Source of the DNA: Prochlorococcus marinus str. NATL2A
GTDB lineage: Bacteria > Cyanobacteriota > Cyanobacteriia > PCC-6307 > Cyanobiaceae
Reading direction: 5' to 3'
Assembly (NCBI RefSeq): GCF_000012465.1
Contig: NC_007335.2
Coordinates: forward strand, 1,200,001-1,232,000
DNA length: 32,000 nucleotides
The position numbers and the translations under genes were made by a program. This document shows positions 17,338-25,074 of this stretch, one piece after another. Each line of letters starts with the position of its first letter. Position 1 is the stretch's first letter. The notes beneath the pieces were generated by a model. That model worked only from the letters and a program-made list of their open reading frames with translations. It did not search any database and was not told the DNA's origin.

Positions 17338-17793
17338 ATAAAACAGGGGGAATATATATTTTACAGACTACAAGTTAGTAGACTTTTTAACTATAAAAAA
17401 CCAAAACAAACAAGCATTGATTAATAATCAAACATCATTTTATACTCGCATATAAGTAAAACTTAACAGTAAAATTAGTGACTAATTATACAAAAAGTCA
17501 TTATAAGTTTAGTGTCTCGAAATACAAAAAAAGATAAGTTCTACTTAACTATTGATACCGTTTTTTTTTTGTTGTTGGAAGAGCGCAAGCACTCTTCCGA
17601 TGTTGACAGAGAAACGAACTTCGACTTCAATTCCTATCAACAAAGACTGTCATAACAAAAATCAATCATAAGTGTGAGAACAAATAATTCTTTTCATACA
17701 TCCAAAACAAATTGATTAACAATGAAGTTTTATAAATCCAAGAAAATTCTTAGGGATATACGTACCATTACCAACGAAAATCTCTTCTAAGAT

Positions 17794-18063
17794 TTGCTCA
17801 GTTTCATTGCAACACAAATCGTACTTAAAAGGCTAACTTCAGCTGAGGTTGATCGCATTATCGAAATGGCCTGGGAAGACAGGACACCTTTTGATGCTAT
17901 CGATTTTCAATTCAATCTCAAAGAGAAAGAAGTTATTAATTTAATGCGATCTAATTTAAAAACATCTTCTTTTAAAATGTGGAGAAAAAGGGTTACTGGA
18001 AGGAAACTTAAGCATGGCTTCCCTGACAAGAGGACAAGGTTCAAGTCAGCAAATCAAAAGTGA
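17794..18063 (+). CDS. DUF2805 / TIGR03643-family small protein
   Basis: [61 protein letters not shown] matches the family core as I recall it (MAWEDRTPF...F.L.E.EV..LMR......F..WRKRV.GR..KH). The TTG start is uncertain. Confidence 0.7.
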   Translation: MLSFIATQIVLKRLTSAEVDRIIEMAWEDRTPFDAIDFQFNLKEKEVINLMRSNLKTSSFKMWRKRVTGRKLKHGFPDKRTRFKSANQK

Positions 18064-18191
18064 AATTCAAATTGATAAAAAATTGTCCGATTTGCTTGAG
18101 AGATTTTCAATGGAGAAAAAAATGGGCTAAAGACTGGGATAATGTCATTTACTGTTCAGAAAGATGTAGAAGAAGGAAAAATCAAAATTAA
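18060..18191 (+). CDS. DUF2256-type small zinc-ribbon protein (43 aa, not in ORF track)
   Basis: A GTG at 18060 overlaps the upstream TGA (GTGA). The translation is (M)[42 protein letters not shown], ending at TAA 18189-18191. The C-x2-C...F.WRKKW...W..V.YCS..C pattern is the DUF2256 signature. Confidence 0.7.
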   Translation: MKFKLIKNCPICLRDFQWRKKWAKDWDNVIYCSERCRRRKNQN

Positions 18192-18290
18192 CCATGTTGA
18201 GTTTTTCGCACTTAAAAAAGAAACCAGTTATTTTAGGAAATTAACTTCTTAATTTTTTTTGAGAAGTAACAAATTTATTAATCGACTAAA

Positions 18291-19781
18291 TTGAGAAAGA
18301 TTTTCCTGATTTTTCCAAATCAATTATTCAAAATAAAAAAACAATTTACTGACGTTAATCATATTGCTCTAATTCAAGACAACTTATTTTTTGGTTGTGA
18401 TTCTCAATGGCAACAAAAGTTTCATTGTCAAAAAATAATTTTCCACAAAGCTACAATGGACTCTTACGAAGAAGATCTCAAATCTCAGGGTTTCAATGTA
18501 ATTTATTTACAACATAAGAGAGAAAGCAGAACGGAAGATAATCTCAATTATCTATTAGAAAAAGGTTTTAATTATTTCATCACTTATGAAGCATTTGATT
18601 GGTCGCTAGAAAAAAGAATTAAGGATTTCTCTTTGAAAAATAATATAAAGTTGGAAATAAGAAAAAATGATATGTTTTTAACTTGTCCAGATATATCTGA
18701 AGAAATACTTAATCAAAAAAAAATTTATGGAATGCAGAAATTTTATAAGATTCAAAGAAAAAGCCTAAATATACTTATCGAAAAAGATGGCTCGCCAACA
18801 GGGGGGGCATGGAATTTTGACAACATGAATAGAAAGAAGCTCCCAAATTCAATTGAAGTTCCAAAAATACCAACTATAAAAACAAATAGATTACTAAACA
18901 AAGCGAAGAAAGAAGTTTCTACAAATTATAAAGATTATTATGGTAGAATAGCAAACTTTAATTATCCATTGTCTCATAAAGATGCTGAAGAATGGTTAGA
19001 TAATTTTTTAATTGAAAGATTTAATTTATTTGGAGATTATGAAGATGCAATACATTCAAATCATAGGACACTTTGGCATAGTGTTCTTTCTCCATTAATT
19101 AATTCCGGATTACTTACTCCGAGACAAATAATAGATAAATCATGGGAGTTTTATCAATCAAACAATATTGGGATTAATTCCTATGAAGGATTTGTTAGAC
19201 AAATTATTGGCTGGCGTGAATTTATCCTATTAATGTATAAACGAAATAGTTTAGAACTAAGAAATGGAAATTTCTGGGATTTTGAGGACAAACCAATACC
19301 CTTAAGTTTTTACACTGGTCAAACAGGAATAAGGCCTTTAGATGACTCAATAAGAAATATTTTAGAGACAGGTTATGCACATCATATAGAAAGACTAATG
19401 ATAGTTGGAAATTTAATGCTTCTATGCAGATTCCATCCAAATCAAGTATACAAATGGTTTATGGAATTATTTATAGATTCATATGATTGGGTTATGGTTC
19501 CAAATGTTTATGGAATGAGTCAATTTTCAGATGGAGGGCTATTTACAACCAAACCATATATATCTGGCTCTAATTATATTCGAAAAATGTCTAATTATAA
19601 ATCTGAAGATTGGTGCTCAACTTGGGATAGTCTTTTTTGGACATTTATAGATGATTATAAAAATAAGTTCAAGGACCAATATCGTTTATCTATGATTTTA
19701 AGGACTTTAGAAAAAATGGACCCTAATAAAAAATTGAACCACAGACGCAATGCTAATGAGTTCATGTCTAAACTAAGTTAA
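18291..19781 (+). CDS. Cryptochrome/photolyase-family protein, COG3046 / FeS-BCP ((6-4) photolyase-related) type, lacking Fe-S cysteines
   Basis: The 496-aa protein contains GGAWNFDNMNRKKLP and ETGYAHHIERLMIVGNLMLL. It also contains FIDSYDWVMVPNVYGMSQFSDGG.FTTKPYISGSNYIRKMSNY. These segments are typical of the PhrB/CryB-like branch. TTG start. Confidence 0.85.
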   Translation: MRKIFLIFPNQLFKIKKQFTDVNHIALIQDNLFFGCDSQWQQKFHCQKIIFHKATMDSYEEDLKSQGFNVIYLQHKRESRTEDNLNYLLEKGFNYFITYEAFDWSLEKRIKDFSLKNNIKLEIRKNDMFLTCPDISEEILNQKKIYGMQKFYKIQRKSLNILIEKDGSPTGGAWNFDNMNRKKLPNSIEVPKIPTIKTNRLLNKAKKEVSTNYKDYYGRIANFNYPLSHKDAEEWLDNFLIERFNLFGDYEDAIHSNHRTLWHSVLSPLINSGLLTPRQIIDKSWEFYQSNNIGINSYEGFVRQIIGWREFILLMYKRNSLELRNGNFWDFEDKPIPLSFYTGQTGIRPLDDSIRNILETGYAHHIERLMIVGNLMLLCRFHPNQVYKWFMELFIDSYDWVMVPNVYGMSQFSDGGLFTTKPYISGSNYIRKMSNYKSEDWCSTWDSLFWTFIDDYKNKFKDQYRLSMILRTLEKMDPNKKLNHRRNANEFMSKLS

Positions 19782-19905
19782 TAATTTCAACTCAGATATT
19801 TAGAACAACAAATTTCTATAAACTTTGTCTAGGTGTTGTTTTTACTCCAAAAGAGCGCTCTCGAAAAGCAGTTAATTAACTATAATTATGATTTGATTAT
19901 TCAGA

Positions 19906-20355
19906 GTGAAGCTGAAAGTTGGTGATCAGATTCCATCATTTTCTTTGAAAGATCAAAAAGGGAATATCAGAACATCAAATAATCTGAAAAAGTCTCTGGT
20001 TTTGTTTTTTTACCCGAAAGATGATACACCTGGTTGCACTATCGAAGCTTGTGGCTTCCGAGACAAATATGATCTTTTCAAAATTCTAGGTGCTGAGGTG
20101 TGGGGAATAAGTAATGGTAGTACTCAAAGTCATCTAGGATTTGCAAATAAAAATAAACTTCAATATCCATTACTTTGCGACCAAAACAATATTCTTAGAA
20201 ATCAATTTGGAGTGCCGAAAAAACTAGGATTCATAGAAGGAAGAGTAACCTACATCATAAATTCTGAAGGAGTAATAAAACATATATTTGAAGACCTTCT
20301 TAATGGTCCAGCTCATATAAAAGAAGCTATAAAAGCATTAAAAAAACTTCAATAA
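19906..20355 (+). CDS. bcp: Peroxiredoxin, Bcp/PrxQ type
   Basis: LVLFFYPKDDTPGCTIEACGFRD contains the peroxidatic Cys in the PxxxTxxC context plus a second Cys five residues later, as in Bcp/PrxQ. 149 aa with a GTG start. Confidence 0.85.
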   Translation: MKLKVGDQIPSFSLKDQKGNIRTSNNLKKSLVLFFYPKDDTPGCTIEACGFRDKYDLFKILGAEVWGISNGSTQSHLGFANKNKLQYPLLCDQNNILRNQFGVPKKLGFIEGRVTYIINSEGVIKHIFEDLLNGPAHIKEAIKALKKLQ

Positions 20356-20371
20356 CAAATTTAATAATCAT

Positions 20372-21487
20372 ATGAATATTTTTGATGAGGCTAATGATTT
20401 ATTAGATAATTTCATTTTCGATCACCTTAATTCATACCATCAACTAAGAAATTACGATTATGGGATCGAAAACAGGACTAATGTTTCTCAGATTTCTAAA
20501 TATACATCTCATAGAATCCTTTACGAATTTGACATAATTGAAAAATTGAAAAAGTATGATAAGAAACAAAAGTACACTGATGAAATCCTTTGGAGGATCT
20601 ACTGGAAGGGTTATCTTGAAAATTACAAATCCATATGGTTTGAATATATAAATTTCAAAGAAAACTCAAATAATTCATACTTAATTAGTTCTGCGATGAA
20701 TGGTAAGACAGGTATAGATTGCTTTGATACATGGATAGAGGAGCTTAAAGAAAATAACTATTTGCATAATCACGCAAGGATGTGGTTCGCAAGTATATGG
20801 ATTTTCACTCTGGGACTTCCATGGCAATTAGGAGCGAGGCTTTTCATGAAACATCTACTAGATGGAGATGCTGCATCAAACACCCTTAGCTGGAGATGGG
20901 TGGCTGGTATGCACACGAATAAGAAGCCTTACTTAGCATCTAAAGAAAACATCAATAAGTACACAGTTAATCGATTTAGAGATACTCCAATCAGCATCTC
21001 GAGCAAAATTAATATCATAAAACATAGTCAACATCAATCGAACAAACTTCCAGTTCAAAGAAGTTTCCCTAATAGTAATATTCTAATAATGTTTGATAAT
21101 GATATGGATATCATGAACAGATCAACGTTATTTAATTCATACTCAAAAGTTTATATATTGCGTAATATACCCATAAATAATGAATTTGAGCTAAGTGAAA
21201 ACGTGAGTCAATTCAAACGAGGTCTAATTGATAAAATAAATAAGTTAATCCCAAACTCAAAAGTATTAAAATTAACTGACCTAGGAATTAATTTGTCTGG
21301 TCACAGTATAATTGATGTTATCTACCCAGGAATTGGGCATAACCTAGATTCAATAAATAAATTTGCCAATCAAAATCAAATCATTATTAATTATATATAT
21401 AGAGAAGAAGATCTTAAATGTTGGAATTATACAAATTCAGGATTTTACAAATTTAAAACTTTATTTTATAGACTGAATATGATCTAA
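20372..21487 (+). CDS. Photolyase/cryptochrome-superfamily protein with N-terminal FAD-binding domain and an uncharacterised C-terminal domain (NewPHL-like topology)
   Basis: Residues about 20-190 carry FAD_binding_7-type motifs: TNVSQISKYTSHRIL, ILWRIYWKGYLE and TGIDCFDTWIEELKENNYLHNHARMWFASIWIF. The same stretch also carries LLDGDAASNTLSWRWVAGMHTNKKPY. No N-terminal alpha/beta photolyase domain precedes them. About 180 aa of unrelated sequence follows. Confidence 0.7.
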   Translation: MNIFDEANDLLDNFIFDHLNSYHQLRNYDYGIENRTNVSQISKYTSHRILYEFDIIEKLKKYDKKQKYTDEILWRIYWKGYLENYKSIWFEYINFKENSNNSYLISSAMNGKTGIDCFDTWIEELKENNYLHNHARMWFASIWIFTLGLPWQLGARLFMKHLLDGDAASNTLSWRWVAGMHTNKKPYLASKENINKYTVNRFRDTPISISSKINIIKHSQHQSNKLPVQRSFPNSNILIMFDNDMDIMNRSTLFNSYSKVYILRNIPINNEFELSENVSQFKRGLIDKINKLIPNSKVLKLTDLGINLSGHSIIDVIYPGIGHNLDSINKFANQNQIIINYIYREEDLKCWNYTNSGFYKFKTLFYRLNMI

Positions 21488-21588
21488 AATCTTATCAATT
21501 CATATTAAATCAATGCAAACATGCTTATCTACATCGACCACAATTAAAACAAATCATAATTATAGTAAAACAACATATTGAAATAATT

Positions 21589-22515
21589 ATGGTTAGATTA
21601 AATGAAATCAAGATGCAAGATGGAAAAATATTCTTAATCACTGGAGCCAATAGCGGTCTTGGTTATGAAACATCAAAATTCCTTCTAGAAAGAGGGGCAA
21701 CAGTAATCATGTGTTGCAGAGACTTGCTCAAAGGGGAGAAAGCCAAAAAAGAACTTTTAAAATTTAAGTTTTCTGGAAAAATTGAACTAGTTGAATTAGA
21801 TTTATCCGATTTAATTAATGTTAAAAAATTTGCTGAATCAATAAAAAATACATTTGATCACTTAGATGTCTTAATCAATAATGCTGGAATAATGGCTCCC
21901 CCAAAGACTCTTAGCAAGCAAGGTTTCGAAATACAGTTTGCTGTTAATCATCTTGCACACATGTTTTTAACCTTAGAGTTACTACCCATGCTTGAAGAAA
22001 AAAATAATTCTAGGGTTGTCACAGTAACCTCAGGCGTTCAATATTTTGGAAAAATTCAATGGGAGGATCTACAAGGAAATCTTAAATATGATAGGTGGGC
22101 TTCATATGCGCAGAGCAAGCTTGCAAACGTAATGTTTGGATTGGAACTCGATTCAAAACTTAAGGAAACCAATTCAAAAACTTCTTCACTACTAGCTCAT
22201 CCAGGATTTGCACGTACAAATTTACAGCCAAAGTCTGTTGAGGCTAATCAATCATGGCAAGAAGAACTTGCTTATAAATTGATGGATCCCATGTTTCAAA
22301 GCGCGAAAATGGGAGCATTACCTCAAATAACTGCCGCCACATTAACTAGCGCTTCGGGAGGAGAACAATATGGACCTAGGTTCAACTTCAGAGGGTTCCC
22401 GAAAATCTGTAGAAATGCTCCAAAAGCATTAAATCAAACTTCAAGAAAAAAATTGTGGGACATAAGCGAAAAGCTCATAAAAGATTTTGATACCCTCTCA
22501 AAACAAAGTAAGTAA
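21589..22515 (+). CDS. Short-chain dehydrogenase/reductase (SDR), classical type
   Basis: It has a cofactor motif (ITGANSGLGYET), an NNAG motif (LINNAGIM) and a catalytic Y-x3-K (YAQSKLAN). 308 aa. Confidence 0.85.
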   Translation: MVRLNEIKMQDGKIFLITGANSGLGYETSKFLLERGATVIMCCRDLLKGEKAKKELLKFKFSGKIELVELDLSDLINVKKFAESIKNTFDHLDVLINNAGIMAPPKTLSKQGFEIQFAVNHLAHMFLTLELLPMLEEKNNSRVVTVTSGVQYFGKIQWEDLQGNLKYDRWASYAQSKLANVMFGLELDSKLKETNSKTSSLLAHPGFARTNLQPKSVEANQSWQEELAYKLMDPMFQSAKMGALPQITAATLTSASGGEQYGPRFNFRGFPKICRNAPKALNQTSRKKLWDISEKLIKDFDTLSKQSK

Positions 22516-23091
22516 TTCTTCTCCTTTTTCACATATTTCTTGTTGTGAAGGGCATTCTGTTTTTCCAGTCCAATGAATTAAGCCTTTTCTAATTGAACAA
22601 TTACATTTATCCTCACCAGTTAATTCATTGAGTTCTTTCCCTGTCCAAGGAGATGCCTTATCACTAAGCATTATTTCTTTCAATCGATCAGAAAACGACT
22701 TATTTAAACCGTCAAAAACTTGCACAGACTGAAGGAAATCATCAAACGCCTCGGATTTATCGTCATAGTTTCTTTTTTCTAATTCTTTATCAAAAACAGC
22801 TCTCATAAATTTTGTACAATTAATTGCTTCAGAATTAGTGAATGGTTTTAACTTTTGACTTAAGTATTCACGATTACTGACTATTGATTCAAGTGTAAAT
22901 AACATTTTTTCTAAATTTTTTATCTTATTAACTGAAGACAAATCAATATTTTGGTTATCATTATCAGATAAGGACTTAGTAACTAAATCAGTAATATGCT
23001 CGGTTAGGCTTTTGCCAGACATCATTGCCTGTCGCTTAACTTTAATTAATAAGTCTTTTGAGATTTTTATATTAAACTGGCTTTTAGTCAT
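22498..23091 (-). CDS. Hypothetical protein with N-terminal ribbon-helix-helix-like segment
   Basis: The N-terminus FNIKISKDLLIKVKRQAMMSGKSLTEHITDLVTKSL fits the strand-helix-helix pattern of CopG/Arc/MetJ-type RHH domains. The C-terminal half is Cys-containing (GEDKCNCSIRKGLIHWTGKTECPSQQEIC) and I do not recognise it. Its 3' end overlaps the convergent SDR gene by 18 nt. Confidence 0.5.
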   Translation of the reverse strand: MTKSQFNIKISKDLLIKVKRQAMMSGKSLTEHITDLVTKSLSDNDNQNIDLSSVNKIKNLEKMLFTLESIVSNREYLSQKLKPFTNSEAINCTKFMRAVFDKELEKRNYDDKSEAFDDFLQSVQVFDGLNKSFSDRLKEIMLSDKASPWTGKELNELTGEDKCNCSIRKGLIHWTGKTECPSQQEICEKGEELLTLF

Positions 23092-23187
23092 TTATTTAAA
23101 AGCATGACTGGGATAACTATAGTCATTTGTTTAACAATAGCAAGAACATGAACAAAAAAAAAAGATTCTCTTCGAACGACAATGTAC

Positions 23188-23235
23188 TTTACTGTTTTTA
23201 CTATCTTTACTACTTTTACTAGTAAAGATAGTAAG
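23188..23235. promoter_or_regulatory. 9-bp-periodic TTTACT direct repeats (x4) abutting inverted AGTAA(A/G) copies (x2); candidate operator or RNA hairpin
   Basis: TTTACT occurs at 23188, 23197, 23206 and 23215. AGTAAA occurs at 23221 and AGTAAG at 23230. The sequences 23199-23212 and 23220-23233 form a perfect 14-bp inverted repeat (tactatctttacta / tagtaaagatagta). The array lies between the transglutaminase-like gene stop (23249) and the RHH-like gene start (23091). Confidence 0.45.
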
Positions 23236-23248
23236 TTTATCTTTCTAG

Positions 23249-24094
23249 TTAAGTGATATCAATTTTCCACTCTAGTTCACTTTTTAAGTTAGAAGGTCCA
23301 ACAAAACTTCCTCTTAGTGGTGCTACAAGTTCAGATTTTGAAGAAGAGGCCAAAGCAACATAATTATGATTAATCAGTCCGCACCCACTGGGGTCAAAAC
23401 CTCTCCATCCAAAACCAGGTATATAAACCTCTGTCCATGCATGTAATTCATACTTATCAGGAGCTTGATCCATAAATTGATATCCGCTTACAAAACGACT
23501 GGGTATACCAACACATCTACAAGTTTCCATTAACAATATTGCTAAATCTCGGCAAGAACCTACTCTCTCGCTCAGAGTCCTTCCAGAAGTCCATGCTGGT
23601 CCAATATGTCTTGGAGTATATTTAACTCTATCTTTAATTAATTCAATTAAATGATATAAAAAATCCAAAACATTATTATTTATTCCTGCTAAAGCCTCTT
23701 GGGCAATTCTAATAGCGGCAGGATCATGCTGGCCATTAGGAAACCATCCTTTAATAAAACCAATTAATGAATCATTGGATTCAATCTTCAAAGGTAAACT
23801 TAAATCATAATCATTCTTCAACTGATATAAATCTGGGTGGATATTTGTTTCTATATCACTTTCTGTTTTTATCTTTAAAGAATTTGTAGACCCTGTAAAT
23901 AGCAATTTAAAAATATCATCTCCATTATCTGATAGCAAAGGGAAAATAGAATATGGAGAGGGAAAGATTTGCAGATCGAAATTAGATAATTCCTGAAAGC
24001 TATTAGACCTTGGCTTAAGACAAATTAAATGCTCTTCTAGTGATACCGGAATTTCATAATTATAAACTAATGTATGAATTATTTTCTTTTTCAT
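23249..24094 (-). CDS. Transglutaminase-like cysteine peptidase-fold protein
   Basis: A catalytic Cys context (GSCRDLAILLMETCRCVGIPSRFVSGY) is followed by HAWTEVYIPGFGWRGFDPS (His and Asp of the triad). The start overlaps the upstream gene by 4 nt (ATGA). Confidence 0.85.
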   Translation of the reverse strand: MKKKIIHTLVYNYEIPVSLEEHLICLKPRSNSFQELSNFDLQIFPSPYSIFPLLSDNGDDIFKLLFTGSTNSLKIKTESDIETNIHPDLYQLKNDYDLSLPLKIESNDSLIGFIKGWFPNGQHDPAAIRIAQEALAGINNNVLDFLYHLIELIKDRVKYTPRHIGPAWTSGRTLSERVGSCRDLAILLMETCRCVGIPSRFVSGYQFMDQAPDKYELHAWTEVYIPGFGWRGFDPSGCGLINHNYVALASSSKSELVAPLRGSFVGPSNLKSELEWKIDIT

Positions 24095-25065
24095 CCTTGT
24101 AAAGATTCAAAATCAAACTTTTTATCATTTCTAAAATAAATCCCATGTATAAGATCATGCAATTTATTTAAATCAATTTGAAGACTATCAATAGCCTCAT
24201 GTAAACCATCTTTAATCAAGTGATCGATTCTTACAAAGCTCCATTTTGAAAGCAATAATCCTATTAAACATTCAAGATCATTTGGTTTTTTTGAAACGGG
24301 TGAATTTTGAATTTTACTCAAAGATTCATTAATACCTTCGAGGCAAAATCTAACTGATCTTGGAAAGATAGGGTCCAGCAACAAAAAGCTAGCAATTGCA
24401 TTTGGTGTTATTGAACCTTGCTCAGATATTCTAAACATTTGATAAGCACCCGCTGATCGTAATAAAGAAATCCACTGAAGCTCATCCAAGGCTCCTCCAA
24501 GTTCTTTTAGATTTGGTAAAAGTAAAAAGTATTTTACATCTAATATCCTAGAAGTTTTATCAGCTCTCTCAATCAACCTTCCTAATTTACTAAAATTCCA
24601 TGCTATATCATGACTAAAAGTAGCATCAGTAACTCCATAAAACAATTGACAACCTCTTCTAATTTCAAATAATTGTTCTTGAGCAGGTTGATGCCAGATC
24701 ACCTCACCTTCTTGAATACTCCAATATAAACTATTAATTTGTTCCCACATTTCAGAAGTGATCACATCTCTTATTTGACGTGCATTTTCTCTTGCCATAC
24801 AAATACAGCTTAAAATGCTATTAGGATTTTCTCTATCTTTAATAAGGAAATTTGCGACATCACTAGGAGTTTTATTTAGATAGCTTTCATCAAACTTATT
24901 TCTATCTCCACTAGCGTCTACCAAAGGCAACCAAGGCTCAGCACTCCCAGGAGGACAATCTAGTGCCATAGACTCACTCACCTCAACAAATCTAGAAATA
25001 TTTTCTGCACGTTCAAGATATCTGTTAATCCAATAAAGTGATTCAGCGACTCTGCTTAATAACAT
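24091..25065 (-). CDS. Alpha-E domain protein (DUF403)
   Basis: MLLSRVAESLYWINRYLERAENISRFVEV is the characteristic N-terminus of alpha-E/DUF403 proteins. The all-helical 324-aa protein sits between the ATP-grasp and transglutaminase-like genes. Confidence 0.8.
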   Translation of the reverse strand: MLLSRVAESLYWINRYLERAENISRFVEVSESMALDCPPGSAEPWLPLVDASGDRNKFDESYLNKTPSDVANFLIKDRENPNSILSCICMARENARQIRDVITSEMWEQINSLYWSIQEGEVIWHQPAQEQLFEIRRGCQLFYGVTDATFSHDIAWNFSKLGRLIERADKTSRILDVKYFLLLPNLKELGGALDELQWISLLRSAGAYQMFRISEQGSITPNAIASFLLLDPIFPRSVRFCLEGINESLSKIQNSPVSKKPNDLECLIGLLLSKWSFVRIDHLIKDGLHEAIDSLQIDLNKLHDLIHGIYFRNDKKFDFESLQG

Positions 25066-25074
25066 TTTTTATTA

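Noticed and set aside
17561-17598. T10 run followed by the hairpin ggaagag-cgcaagca-ctcttcc, considered as a terminator or small RNA
   Set aside because: The T-run precedes the stem on the plus strand and an A-run follows it on the minus strand. Neither orientation gives a hairpin-then-U-run terminator. I have no other evidence for an RNA gene, so it is left unannotated.
19845-19870. Palindrome agagcgctct in the spacer before bcp, considered as an operator
   Set aside because: It is a single 10-bp palindrome with no repeat partner or recognisable regulator nearby. Chance occurrence cannot be excluded.
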